A stretch of 63,457 nt of DNA, the filler included, from Atractiella rhizophila (lineage: Eukaryota): NCBI GenBank assembly GCA_021432655.1. It is 6 parts of 6 records of this genome, joined end to end, with 100 filler letters (N's around TTAATTAATTAA, not from the genome) between each part and the next. Parts side by side here need not be neighbours in the genome. Positions count along the whole stretch, not along the records: positions 1 to 13,701 come from MU271294.1; positions 13,802 to 26,071 come from MU271296.1; 4 more parts are not named here. One strand, given 5' to 3'. Position numbers and translations under genes: made by a program. Below are positions 12,506-24,428 of this stretch, piece after piece (within the stretch, counting starts at the first letter, position 1; each line of letters begins with the position of its first letter). Below the pieces are notes generated by a model. That model did not search any database. It saw only the letters and a list, made by a program, of their open reading frames with translations, and was not told the DNA's origin.

Positions 12506-13701
12506 CTACTCCTTATCCCCAAGCGTCGCATGAAAGCTACTCCTAGACGGACTCGGGGACCTATCAAAACGTTCCGGTCCATCGTACTTCTCATCCCTCA
12601 ACGGCGTGCTCTCTGGCGTGAGTGAGCGGCGATGACTGTGCGCGGGTGCTGTTGTCCAACGTTGATTGGCGCCAGTAGGGGTTTGGATGACGGGTACGGA
12701 GTAGAGCGATCGAGTGGAATCCTTCTGGGACCCTGGAGCCTTGGAGCGGTAGTGGTAGAAGAGGTAGGCGGCTCCTCCGAGGATGGCCAGATTGAAGATG
12801 AGGACGACAATCTGTATCGTTCCATCGAACGTTATTTATCTCTCCATCGGGATGAACAAAAACGCACCAGAAGGGCGAGCAACACCTTATTCGTCCCACT
12901 CGATCCATTGCCCGAATTCTCGCTCGCTGCTCCAACAGGTGCGATCTTCAAGCTACTGCTTCCCGTAGAGTCCGAAGAACCGATACCTGCGATCCGGTTG
13001 TTACTGCCACTGCTGCTAGCAGTAGAAGCGACAAGGCTGTTTGTGACTGGATACAAAATCAACCGTCAACATCACCATGCTGTAAAGACGGTGGAGGAGA
13101 CGTACGGTCGTTCCATTGATCACTAGGTCCTGGTCTGGTGAGACCACATCGCTTCAAACATTCCTCCGTTCCAAACGCCACATTGCTCCTACAATACAGA
13201 ATCACACGCCAGCATAGCATCAGTCTCGCTCCACCCGAAAAAAGAGATGCATACGGGGTGATAGAAGCGATCCCCTCCACAGCTTCTACCCCAATACCGC
13301 CGAGTACAGCAGACACGACATCACTTGGCAAGTTCTGAAAGAGCGTGTTGGCGATCTGGTCCGTTCCGGGGTCCTCGCTCGAGAATGCGGCGACAAAGAA
13401 CATGGGCTGTGTCCATCCCTCAGTGAGTGCACATTCTTTGTACCGATACTGCTTAGGAGGGGGAGGAAACGGACCTCACAGCCCTCGTTCTGCTCAAAAT
13501 GTATAGCTCCACGCGGGAAGATGATAGCCTGTCCGGGTTGCGTGTCGTGCATTATGAACTTTGCTCCATTCTCTTGCACAAATCCGGAGCGGAGCGTGCC
13601 ACTGTAGAAACGCACGCAAGGTCAATATTATTGTAGCAGCGTTGGGAGAAGACGCACTTGATGGCGAGATTGAACTCGGTGGCGCGAGGATGGACATGAG
13701 G
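12506..13701 (-). CDS. Spherulin/germin-like cupin with C-terminal transmembrane helix; 5' end truncated by contig edge
   Basis: PHVHPRATEFN (germin box 1), GFVQENGA, QPGQAIIFPRGAIHFEQNEGCE (box 2), FVAAFSSEDPG. Then an S/G-rich linker, KVLLALL|IVVLIFNLAILGGAAYLFY, and a tail ending at TAG 12506-12508. Confidence 0.85.
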
Positions 13702-13801
13702 NNNNNNNNNNNNNNNNNNNNNNNNNNNNNNNNNNNNNNNNNNNNTTAATTAATTAANNNNNNNNNNNNNNNNNNNNNNNNNNNNNNNNNNNNNNNNNNN
13801 N
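13702..13801. other. Artificial contig linker N44-TTAATTAATTAA-N44
   Basis: Six-frame-stop spacer flanked by Ns. Confidence 0.98.
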
Positions 13802-13875
13802 GAAAGGTGTTGAATTGAGCGGGACAATGGAGTGCTCAATCAGTAGGGAACGATTGGGCTCATAACCTGTTGAAA

Positions 13876-13991
13876 CTGAGGTTCATCAGAGTGACAGGAC
13901 GAAGAAAAGATCAGCATTGCATGAACGTTGGTGAGGAGTCACCTACCTGAGGTTCATCAGAGTGACAGAACGAAGAAAAGATGAACCTCAG
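13876..13991. repeat. 36-bp direct repeat with an overlapping 12-bp inverted repeat
   Basis: ctgaggttcatcagagtgacag[g/a]acgaagaaaagat at 13876-13911 and 13947-13982. ctgaggttcatc (13947-13958) pairs with gatgaacctcag (13980-13991). Confidence 0.85.
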
Positions 13992-14353
13992 ATAGCTGAA
14001 AAACAGACTAAACTACGGGAGCGGGCGGAACTGACACCAGATGCGATAGCCAGCTCAAAAGGGCAGAAAGAAAGTAAAAGTCAAAAACGTAATAACTTCA
14101 ACAGAGTCAAGTTCTGACCGCGTCACAGTAGAGCAGCTGCAATATTCTGAGCGGGTGCCAGTGGTACTGAGTGGTAGCCTCCGATCAGACTACTTCGCCT
14201 AAGTCAAGAAGAATACTCGTGTTTACTCCCAAATACTTTTTGTTGAGCCTTACCTAAAGTTCGGGAGACTGATCAGAGTTTGTCAGCTGCAATATCATAT
14301 TAACACTGGTAGTCATCAACAGCAACAACCACGGCCACTGTGGGAGCATCTCA

Positions 14354-15002
14354 ATGCCACACGCAGACAGCTCTCGAATCTCCCCTACCTCGTCTAAAGC
14401 TGAATTTTACTCCCTCCTCCATACCCAACTACGCTCACTCCTCGCTGACCAACGAAACGTGATCACCAATGCATCCAATCTCGCCTCCCTCGTTTACTGG
14501 GCTCTACATGGCGAAGGCCGGCGCGTGAACTGGTGCGGTGCGTCAATCTTTCGATGTTTCAGAGTGAATCAGTGATAATGACATGACGTTGGAAACAGGA
14601 TTCTATTTTGTTCCTTTCATTCTGGACCAGCGTTCCGCAAATCCAACACCATCGGATATGCCGACGTCCCTCCTTCTCGGCCCATTTCACGGTCGTCCCG
14701 CCTGTCAATCCATTTCTCTGTCCCATCCGAAGAAAGAGCATCTCGGGGTATGTGCCGACGCCTTCCTTACTGGCGAAACTGTGCGGGTCGCCAACGTCGA
14801 GCAGTATCCGGGACACATTGCCTGCGACGGGGAGACGAAGAGCGAGATCGTCCTCCCTATCTTAGTTGGAGACTTGGGGAGGAAAGTAGGAGTATTCGAT
14901 TTGGATTGTGAGGTTCTGGAGGGATGGGATGAAGAGGATCAAAAGGGCCTGTTGGAAGTCGTGAGGATCTTTGTGGAGTGCTCCGATTGGGGAGAAATGT
15001 GA
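14354..15002 (+). CDS. msrC: Free methionine-R-sulfoxide reductase (GAF domain, fRMsr/YKL069W family), 2 exons
   Basis: MPHADSS...NASNLASLVY...VNWC|GFY...LGPFHGRPACQ...GVC...YPGHIACDGETKSEIVLP...GVFDLDC. Confidence 0.92.
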
Positions 15003-15362
15003 GTTCATTTTTCAATCTCAGCAGCTCCATCAATCAATCTTCAAATTAGAAATTAGAATGGTATGGGAAATAAAATACAAACCCTCCAACAAACGAAGAA
15101 GCTAGAATTTCCTTTAGAGTAGTGTACTTGCTGGGCATAATTTCAGTGGAATTCAACAATCCTTGCGTACCTTCACCAACTTGTATGTCTTGAAAAGATG
15201 GGTGAAATCCAGGGCGAAGAATGTGTCTGAACCCGGAGTAAAAGTAGAAGTGCAACTGGGGATCTCAATTTGACAATCATTGGACAAAGAATGGTGAATA
15301 CAACAGGAACGATAAATTAGCAGTGGTGGGATGATAGGAAGGTGTCTCAAGAGAAAACGACA

Positions 15363-18300
15363 TTATAAGTTCCCTTCTGAATCACCAACGAGCTTAATCT
15401 TCCGTTTCCCTTTTGAATCCATCTTTTTCTGTCGTCCCTGTTCTGGAGAGGCCTGAAAACCCAAATCCTGCCATAACTTCCCTGGATGGATGTTCTTTTC
15501 CGCGCTAGAGACTTGACTGGAGAGAGGAATCGAGAGTTCTGGCTCCTCGAGCAAGTTTTCGAGTGCTGGAGTAAATGCCTCTGCAAATCAAGCGTCAATA
15601 ATGGGTAACGGCTCTGAGAATAAGGATGCGAGGAGAGACGAACGTGCAGTTTTCCATACCTTCTGCAACTCAAGGAAGTAATTAACGAACTTTCTACACT
15701 GCACCTCGAGGTTGTAAGCTGATTCACCACACAAGTTCCCATGTTTCTCCCTCTCCCGCGCCACGGCCACCTCCCTTATGAGAGTCCTGCAACTCATGGA
15801 AAAGGACCATAGGCACAAGACCATGTTTATGTATCTCATTTCCTCGTAGTTCTCTTTCAGGGCGTCAAATTGAGCGAAGATATTCTTGGCACTTCGGTAG
15901 GAGGAAATCATGGAGATGTCGGCCGGGTCGAAGGAGAAGAACGGGGAGTGAAGGATGATCATCATGCTTCATCGGCATCCTCTATCAGCATTCCTGGTCT
16001 AGCGAGAGGAGAAGCGACGAACCTGTTGACGATGCAGTAGGCTTGGAGATAGTAGTATCTTTCCCGCTTCTCTTGCGTTGTGAGCTGCCGATTGAGCGTG
16101 GATAGCATTATGAACCGTCTTGGGAAAGCGTCGATGTGCTTTTGGACGAGGACATGAACAGCCTGGAACTCCGCACTGGTGTCCATTAGCCCATCTCTTG
16201 TATATAAGGCTAGAAATACGAACCTATCTCTGGCGTGTCTAACGTCGAGCTGAATCTTATCCTTCAACCTGCCGACATTCACTGTCTGGTCTATGCCCAT
16301 TAGACACGACTGTCAGCCAAAACGGGGTTCTTTCCGAAGTGAGAAGAAAAACAAACGTCGAACGAAACACATCACTTTGTCGCTCAAGACCGACATCTTA
16401 ACCATCAGCTGATGTGGCTGATAGTCGTCCAACTGCAACCCTTCCTCCGCCTCGACCTCCCAAAACTTCGGATGATTACAACACATTTTTTCCATTTCCA
16501 TCCCCTCCTCCATCGCTGGCGAACACGGTACTCTAGGTGGGAGTGGCGCGAGGACATCGACCATAGATAACGGCGCAGGATAGTTAGTCACGCTCGAACA
16601 ATACTGCTCCATCGACATCGTTGTCCAGAACAACATCGAGCTGTCATTCATACCAACGTCACCTTGGGTTACCCTTCCACTTTTGGGTAATTAGGGAGAG
16701 AGGGACGAACCGCTCGTATGACTCTCGCTCCTTCTTTGTGCTCTCACTCGACGGAACATTGAGGGAGCCAGCGGTGTAAGGAGTCCGATGCAGGCCCAAC
16801 ATCATGCATATCCTCGCTGCCGTTCCACTCCAAAGGCCGGAGAGGAGGTAATGGGCTAGATATTGAACGCTGTTAGATAGTAAAACGCGGGTGGACAGGG
16901 AAAAATGGTGGGAAGAGACTTACCGTCGGTATGCAGGAACAAGACGGTGACAGTCAAACACCTAGCAACGTCGAACAACCTCCTCTCTCTCTCCTCTCCC
17001 TCCTCTACCTCCTGAACCTGTCCCTCTATGTCGGCCACAGCCTTTTTGATGCCGTTAAACAAATGATTGATCAACTGTCTTTTCACCGTCCTTCCTTTTT
17101 CCTTCGACCCGAAACTTCCCATCTGAGCATCACTCGACCTCTCCATGCCAACTATTCCCTCGTTCTCCATCTCCACCTCTCCTCCATCCACCTCCCACCA
17201 CCTCCCACCTGCTCTCCTCACCATCTCCGCAATCTCCTCCTCCTTCAACCCATACAACCCAACCAGACAAACTGCCAAAACGAGGGGATAAAACGGTTTT
17301 TCCCCTTTCTCTCTCTCATACCACTGAGTGACGACTCCGGAGATGAAGGTTGGAGGATAGAGGATATCAGCGAGGACGATACATTTTCCGTATGCCGCGA
17401 ACACTAGCGGGATCGTCACTTCCCGTGGTGGTAAGCATGTCGGCCACGGATTCTGTGTCCTTCGCACACTCCTGTTTGGCGGGGACGAGAGCAGTGGGAT
17501 GGCGGATGGGAAGTGCTGCGTTGGGGCAGATGAGGAAGCGGCGGGGTGAGATGGGGGTTGAGAAGTCGGTGGAGGCGTCGGCGTTGAACCGGGTGGTGTG
17601 GGAAAGGGAAGAAGCACTTGTTCGTATGCCCTTTCGGTGTGAGGTAACGGAGGTGTAGCGTTGGTAGAGGGATTAGAAGTGTGTGTGGAGAGGTAGGGAA
17701 AGGACGAGGGTTGAGAGGGTGGAGGAGGAGACGGGAGGGCTGGGAAGGAGAAGGAGATGTTTGACCAATTCACATCTTCTTTTCTCTGTCCTTGCTCCGC
17801 TTCCACTGCTCCTTTGCTTCCTCTATCTCTGTCATTGCGCATCGTGGGAAATAGATGGGTGTAAGCTCCCTTGTCGGTCGAAGGGTCGTATGGGAGCACA
17901 GGAGGAGGAGTGCGAGTGGTCGGTTGTGCTTGTTGCTGTTGAGGTTGGTCAGAGTTACCAGATTTGAGCGCCTCAAAAGCTTGTTTCAATGCCTCTACAG
18001 GTCCAAATCAGTCATAAAGTGAAGTGAGGGAAGGGAAGCGAGAGGGGAGAGGACGCACCCAACCTCATGCCCAGAGCAAGCACTTCTCCATTCTCATTTC
18101 CTCCTTCTTCTCCCTCCCCCTCTCCTTCTGCCTCTCTATCTGCATGCCCATACCACTCCTCCACCCTCTTCCTCTTCTTTCCCGCCAACCTAACGTCTCC
18201 TCCTTCCCATCCACGAGTCTGACCAGGATCAGGGACACCGGTCGGAACCGTCCACCTAGCATTAGCATTGCTCGGGGAGTCACCGGTGCCATCCGTACTT

Positions 18301-18928
18301 CCATCCTCCCTCGTCCCATTTTCTCTTCGAGCTTGGGATAAGGGTAGACTTGTGTTGTGCTCGTTCGGTGGATTGTGTTCAAGTTCATCGTGTGGATGCC
18401 GGTTATTACCGTTGCTGATCACGTATTTGGGCTTCCTCTGCCTTCCAGCATCGTATTCGCACGTCTGGGCGAGGGAGGAACCTCTCTTGGAGTTCTGCGA
18501 CCGGACGCATGCGCCACCTAGTTTCGTTATCCATGTTCACTATCTTTTGACAGGCTATGGGACGGGATGGAGCCTACACGGAAATTTGCCTGTTAAACAA
18601 CATTCAATCGAGGTTATATCAAGAATAAAGGGACAACATACCATCGCAGCGCACCTTTCGGAGACGACATGCTGTTTACATGGTCCATCAATATCAATAA
18701 GAACGCGATATAAATTAAATGAAAAATCATTATGAAAGGAGAAAACGCACAATTACAAGCCTCGTATCGCGGCAAAGGAGGAGCCTTCTCCTTCGCCTTG
18801 CCCTTCTCCTTTGCGCCTCCTCCCACATGCACGACATTCACGTTCAGACCACCTTTCATACTCATGGTGCTCATTGTTGATGCTGACCCCAACGGCGACT
18901 GCATATTCACATCCGATTGGACGTCCAT
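15363..18928 (-). CDS. Zn(II)2Cys6 fungal transcription factor, multi-exon
   Basis: Splicing 4 exons rebuilds CNSCRLRKVRCDGKFPCGACVRSQNSKRGSSLAQTC. A P-rich linker and helical middle region follow (ORFs 16856-17989, 16313-16651, 15962-16300, 15588-15965). The 3' end is inferred. Confidence 0.8.
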
Positions 18929-19355
18929 CCTTCCTTTGCTGCTGCTCTGTTGGGCGTCAGAGGAAAGTCAGCTGTTATTAGTGCTTTTGAGATGCTCTTA
19001 GTGAGGAGGAGGAGAGGAGGAGTTGGTGGTGGAAGTGAGGCGGAGGTCAGCTCACCGATTCGATGATGAAGTCGTCGGGCACGGCCGCCACGGTGATAAC
19101 TGCAAGCCCGAAGAGTTGCCCTTAGCCGATTATGTAATCTTTCATCAATCCCAAGCCAAAATCAAAATTGAATGCCAGGTGCTTGTTTCATTCCAATGCT
19201 CAACTACTCGATTACAAGTTCGAATGGAATGTGTAATGTCCATCTCATACAGATACATAACCAAATGAGCACAGCAGAAAACCGTCCAGCGAGTTCAATG
19301 AGAACAGCAAACCTGCCATCCTGAGGGAAAGGAACCAAGCTTTTAAGTCCAACGC

Positions 19356-20411
19356 TCAGCTATCGTGGGACCCTTCAGGTGCAGCTATCAGTTTCTCACC
19401 TCCGAGCATCAAACTGCCAACTTACCGCGTCTATGATGCCCATGGTGCCCTCCTCCGTAATGACCTCCGCCATAGTGTCCTCCTCCATGACCATGACCAT
19501 GATCATCGCTATCACCCGATCCTGCACCATCAAGCTGTGGTGAGCCACCGAAGCATCTATGGGTAGATGTAGACACGTCAAGTCCAAGACTTACCTCGCC
19601 TCTTGTGTCCATGTCCCCCGTACCCACCATAACCATGTCCACCACCTCCATGCTGTCCATACTGCCCATGTCCACCACCGTAGTGTCCCTGCTGAGCATG
19701 TCCACCTCCACCATATCCACCATACCCTCCACCATGGCCTCCGCCTCCACCATATCCTCCATACCCTCCACCATATCCCCCAGCATGACCTCCACCTCCA
19801 CCTCCAGCATGACTCCCACCGCCCACCAAACCCCCTAGCAACCCACCCAAGCCTCCAGAGCTTGATCCTCCGCCGCCATGAGACCCGCCACCTGGTTTAT
19901 TGAGAAACTTGCCAGCGAGCGCACCGACCGCTCCACCCCCAAAAGGAGAAGATCCATGTCCTCCAGACCCAGATCCCGATCCTGATCCAGAGAGAAGAGG
20001 AGCGCCATACTTCATCGCGCTGGAGAGCAAGCCGCGGTCCGTTCCTTCTCCTCCTCCCGGTTGTTGTTGTTGGGGGTGGGGAGAGGTGGATGGTTGAGGA
20101 TAAGGATGGAGAGAGGTGGAAGGTGGTGGGTACGGATGGGGAGAACTGGATGGGGGTGGATAGGGCGGTTGGTGAGGAGGACGCGGATCGTCCCAAGTGA
20201 TGTGAGGCGGGTTTTGACGTGTGTCGACGAAGTACCACTTTTGGTAGTTTGAGTCGTATTCTGCTACCCATCCATGTGGGAGGGGAGGTCCGGGAAGGGT
20301 TTGGCTGGGCTGTGAGGGCGGGAGAGGCGGAGGTGCGTAGGAGGAATCGTTGGGAGGATAGGCCGAGGGGTAGGGCGAGGAGCCGTAGTGGTTTGCGGAT
20401 GGGAAGTTCAT
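19356..20411 (-). CDS. WW-domain protein with Gly/His/Tyr-rich C-terminus (WWM1-like), 3 exons
   Basis: PLPHGWVAEYDSNYQKWYFVDTRQNPPHITWDDPR is a WW domain. GGYGG/GGHG repeats follow; spliced end ...HHRR|AAPEGSHDS*. Confidence 0.85.
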
Positions 20412-22236
20412 CTTATTCCTGCCGTTTCGTCTTGGTAGTGTACTATTTATTTGTGGTTGACTGTTGAGAAAGAATCAGCAAATGTGTACCGCACCGAAGC
20501 ACAATTGCCTGGGGATACGATGAATAATCCCGCGTCAATTCGCTCATTCAGCATGAACGCAGCATGGAATGAATGGATCAGATACTCGTCGTCATTACTA
20601 TGGCTGATCTCCTCAATTGTGGCGAGTCTGCAGAACAAAAATTCTGGAAGAGTAGGCATAACTGCAGATAAATGTCACCGAAGCAAATGAGAATGGCATC
20701 TCTCAGACCGTTCCTTCATCAAAACAGCTGTCAAAGAGTTGCTCACCTTTTGAATCTGCCTGCTACACGAGTCTCAGACGACAACGAACTCAAGCCCGAG
20801 GTTATATATACCCAACTTCTTCTGCCAAGCCATTTTTACCGTTCCTTCACGGTTTCGACTGTTTTACCCTTCGAGGCGGTATTTGTTGTGTTGCCAATGT
20901 AATACGCACTCATGATCGGGACCTTGTAGTAGTATTCAAATTTGTTTCCTTGTCTGGAATTTCCAAGACAGGAAAGTGTAACTTTTGTTTGAATCAGCAC
21001 TGGTCAACTTGCTGCTTTACTTTTCTCACCTGATAATAAGTGTCTTTAAACCCATCTCCACTCCTTTAATCTAGCGCTGAACGAGGCTCATATTTGACGG
21101 AGCAATTGGAGTCGTAGAAACGTAAAATTTGGTTCGGGACTCAAAAGCTTTGAAGGCGCGTTTCTCATTGCTATCTATCTGGTCGAGCTCTGTCGCTCCT
21201 TATTGTTCTCAGTTTTATTCCCCTCTTATGTGTCTCGTGTTAAACTTTTGCGGGCTTCTTTGTTTTTGTGAGATGATAAAGTGCAGTTGATGCTGTCGGG
21301 TATTTTTTATGCCTGTGTGTAGCCTGTGTGTAGTTGAAGTTACCCTCCTCCGCGCTATCGTCAGAGAATGCAGTCGTCCATCATCATGAACCTTCCATCT
21401 TCGCGGCTTTATAATGCTTTGTATACTGTAAATTATCTCCACAGCGTCAATTTTCACCTTCTAGCCCTAATGTCATGTTAGCATCTGTATTCACTTTAAC
21501 GCGGGAGAAAGGACCTGCATCACACGTCTAATGGCTGGGTGTTTGTTTGCTGATCCTAATGCACACATCCTGAATGCTTGCCTCATGTTTACTTTGCCAA
21601 CTTTTCTCTTCCAAGGACGCTGCATTATCCAGCCTTTCTGAGACAAATCCTGGTCACAGACTTTCCTTATCCAGTGGGAATCTTAGCTGGATCCGAGTCT
21701 TTTCGTTTACAAGTGAGCTCCTTCCTGCTTCTTCTCTCTCAGAGCTCCTCCAAGCTCCCCGTTCATGTCTCCTTTCTCCTTCAAAGCCAATGGTGCCATT
21801 ACGTAAAGGACTTGGCTCTATCTTTCCCGGTGGATCAGCCAGAAATCAAAGCAAGCCAAGAGCGTGCTCATGTTCGTTTGTTCAATTCAAACACGGCACA
21901 ATCTGGCACATTCTTCTATCTGCTCTAAAAATGGGATTGGAAAGGAAGAAGAGAACCAAGACGTCTGGACATGCGGTGTCGGGCTTGTCCTTGCAATCTC
22001 CCCTCATCACCGTCCAACGCTCTGTATCGTGCAGAGATATGCAGCTCTGATTACCAGAGTTGACCTGATTCTGATTCGAAGATGGGTGAGCCGAAAGGAT
22101 AAAGAAGCGAAGGGGGATGAGGTCTACGTTAGTCTACGCCGAACGGTGGTCTGGAACTGGACGCCTATTTTCAGTCAGGTTCGCCAAGACTCTCATGAAC
22201 CTCTTTCCCTTTTTATCCTAAGATTCTTCAGGCTTT

Positions 22237-22243
22237 TATAAAA
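22237..22243 (+). promoter_or_regulatory. Candidate TATA box
   Basis: TATAAAA ~65 nt upstream of ATG 22303. Confidence 0.45.
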
Positions 22244-22302
22244 GCAGACCCAACCCGCCTTCCCCCCTTGGCAGAAATCAACCATTGATCCTAGCAACCA
22301 TC

Positions 22303-24428
22303 ATGTCTGCCATGAAAGACATTCATCCATCTCAGACCACCATTCATCCTGACGTCGTCAAACTCTCACCTTCTATCACCTCTATCCTCAAGGCGTATGA
22401 GAAAGATGGCAATGGTGACATCGAGCTCCTTAAATCTATACTGGAAGCAAAGAGGAAGGAGGATGAGGTGCGTCTAAGCTGTTTCCCGCCTGGCAACCCA
22501 GTCGCTGAGGCATATATTTTTGTGTGACAGCGACTAACAGCTCTGACAAACCTACACCTTGAAACTCTTCGAACAGAGAATATCCGTTCAACTTCAATCA
22601 TGCTTCAAATGTCTTTACACACTGCACACGCGCACGCACACTTTCCATCTCCTCAATCCCCTCCTCCTGCATCCTCCCCTCCCCCCCTCGCTGGCGCAAA
22701 ACGCAAGCTTTCGCCTTCGACGGATGGAACTGAGCATGGAAAGAAGAGACGAAAGTCTTCCTCGTCGCATGGGGAGGTTCTTGCCAACTTGAGGAAGAAG
22801 CTCATAACTCGCCTCACCTAAGAGCTGTTTAGTAGTAGATTGGGGCTACACTTAATGTTCACATGGGATAACCAAAAGTTTTTGGATGGAACTGAAGGTT
22901 GACACAAACATGGTATGCGAGTTAGTAGCGCCAGTACCGACCAATTACTACGCGAAAGCAAGTGGGCTCCAAATTCCGTGGATGTTTAAAAGAGGGAAGA
23001 CACCACAGCTACAGGCAGAGTCTGGATATCTGGAGGTGGGAACTACTTGTCCCATATCCTATCTTATAGTGAAACTACGAGCATAGATATCCGTTTATTA
23101 TTCCTTTACAATTTCCAGTCTGTGTACACACCACTCCGTCCGTTTCTCGCCCACAAAGAAGGATAAAGATGACATGGGAGACGTAGGAAATCCTTCGTTC
23201 TCTGGCGCTCAAGAATCACCCTGAAAGCAATCTACAATCAGAAGGCGACATTTTTGACGCTCGTGCGCAAGGAAGAGCTCGACACGGAGCAACGGTATCC
23301 CTCTTTGAACGAATGATGAAGATTGCCCTCTCGTCTCACTCTCCTCTACGCCAACAAAATTCAAAAAGCGTGGCGACCTTGCTACAGCTAGTGTTTACAT
23401 TCTCCCATGAGTTTGGGGAGAGGAAGTTGTGGGATATTGTCTTGACGTTGGCGAAGCAGAATCTGGCTATCGTCGATAGCCGGTCCTTTAGGAGATTCAT
23501 AGTACGCTCTCTTCATATCCTTATTAAAGCGTGACTGATTTATAGTAGGAAAGTGACATAGAATGCCATCTTCGCCACGGTGGATCACTTATTCTGTGAG
23601 CTCCGCCTCCTCCTCTTTTTATGCCAAGCTCTCTGATTAAGATAAATTTTACAGTACAGAAACAGATTATAAACAGCACACTCCAACAGGAATCAACTGT
23701 TCAGCTTTCCTTAACCCCTTTGAGCCGTCATCATATCAGTCTATCTTTGTCACAGATAATCTAGAGAGTTTTCAACACGCATGCGAAACTCACCTCCTTG
23801 GCATCAGTCGCCAAATCGTCCTCTACCGTTCCTCCGTTGAACTTCAAGCAAGTTCCGATGCCCAAGAACGTTTCCTCCTCGAGTTGATTGGAGCGGTCAA
23901 CGCGTTCCGTGTGGCATGGGAAGCTCGTTTCGTACCTTCAATCACTTCCATCGATGGCGAAGTCTCAGCTTTCGCTCCCGACCCTCAGCTCGGACTCATT
24001 CCCGTCTCCATATCTAATCCTATCATCTCCCTCATGACACGACATGCGCTGCTCCTTCAACCTCTTTCTAAATTCATTTCTAACCTCGACAAAAGAAGAG
24101 ACGAAAGTCTTCCTCGTCGCATGGGGAGGTTCTTGCCAACTTGAGGAAGAAAGTCCTCGAACGATCAAGCTCCAACGTTAGCCCCGGAGCTGTCCAGCAT
24201 TCGGAGAGCGAGGAAGAGCTGGATCAACTGGACGATGAGAGAGTACATGTTGAGCCAGAGAAGAGGAAAATTCGGCCAAGCCCTGTATTGCCAAGACGTA
24301 TGCTTCTCCCTTGAGCTAGACCTGGCGCTCAACTTTCTGTGGTAGCATCCAAATCTTTCCGACCGCCATCAGCAGAGATGAAGACAGCTGGGAGGGTTAT
24401 GATTAGCGATATTAGATCGTGTGCTTGA
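22303..24428 (+). CDS. Uncharacterised protein (helical motif + NLS-like basic region) interrupted by a 1.29-kb insertion
   Basis: MSAMKDIH...SILKAYEKDGNGDIELLKSILEAKRKEDE|RLTALTNLHL...KKRRKSSSSHGEVLANLRKK. The frame resumes after the second 60-bp repeat copy as VLERSSS...PVLPR|PSKSF...VMISDIRSCA* (24428). As assembled it stops at 22821. Confidence 0.7.
22740..24151. other. 1292-bp insertion (22800-24091) flanked by exact 60-bp direct repeats (22740-22799, 24092-24151)
   Basis: aaagaagagacgaaagtcttcctcgtcgcatggggaggttcttgccaacttgaggaagaa occurs twice. The insert carries exon-like fragments (23313-23534, ~23755-24091); no transposase or terminal inverted repeats seen. Confidence 0.85.

Noticed and set aside
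13746..13757. Recurrent TTAATTAATTAA palindrome as a biological repeat or recombination site
   Set aside because: Always centred in 44+44 Ns; it is a synthetic contig spacer.
19409..19903. Met/Val-rich and His-rich alternative-frame ORFs
   Set aside because: Shadow frames of the Gly/His-rich WW gene.
20945..20975. Imperfect palindrome tttccttgtctggaatttccaagacaggaaa
   Set aside because: Single, short and imperfect; no supporting context.
22303..22821. Clampless1 (Clp1) identity for the orphan protein
   Set aside because: The motifs do not match what I recall of Clp1; left unnamed.
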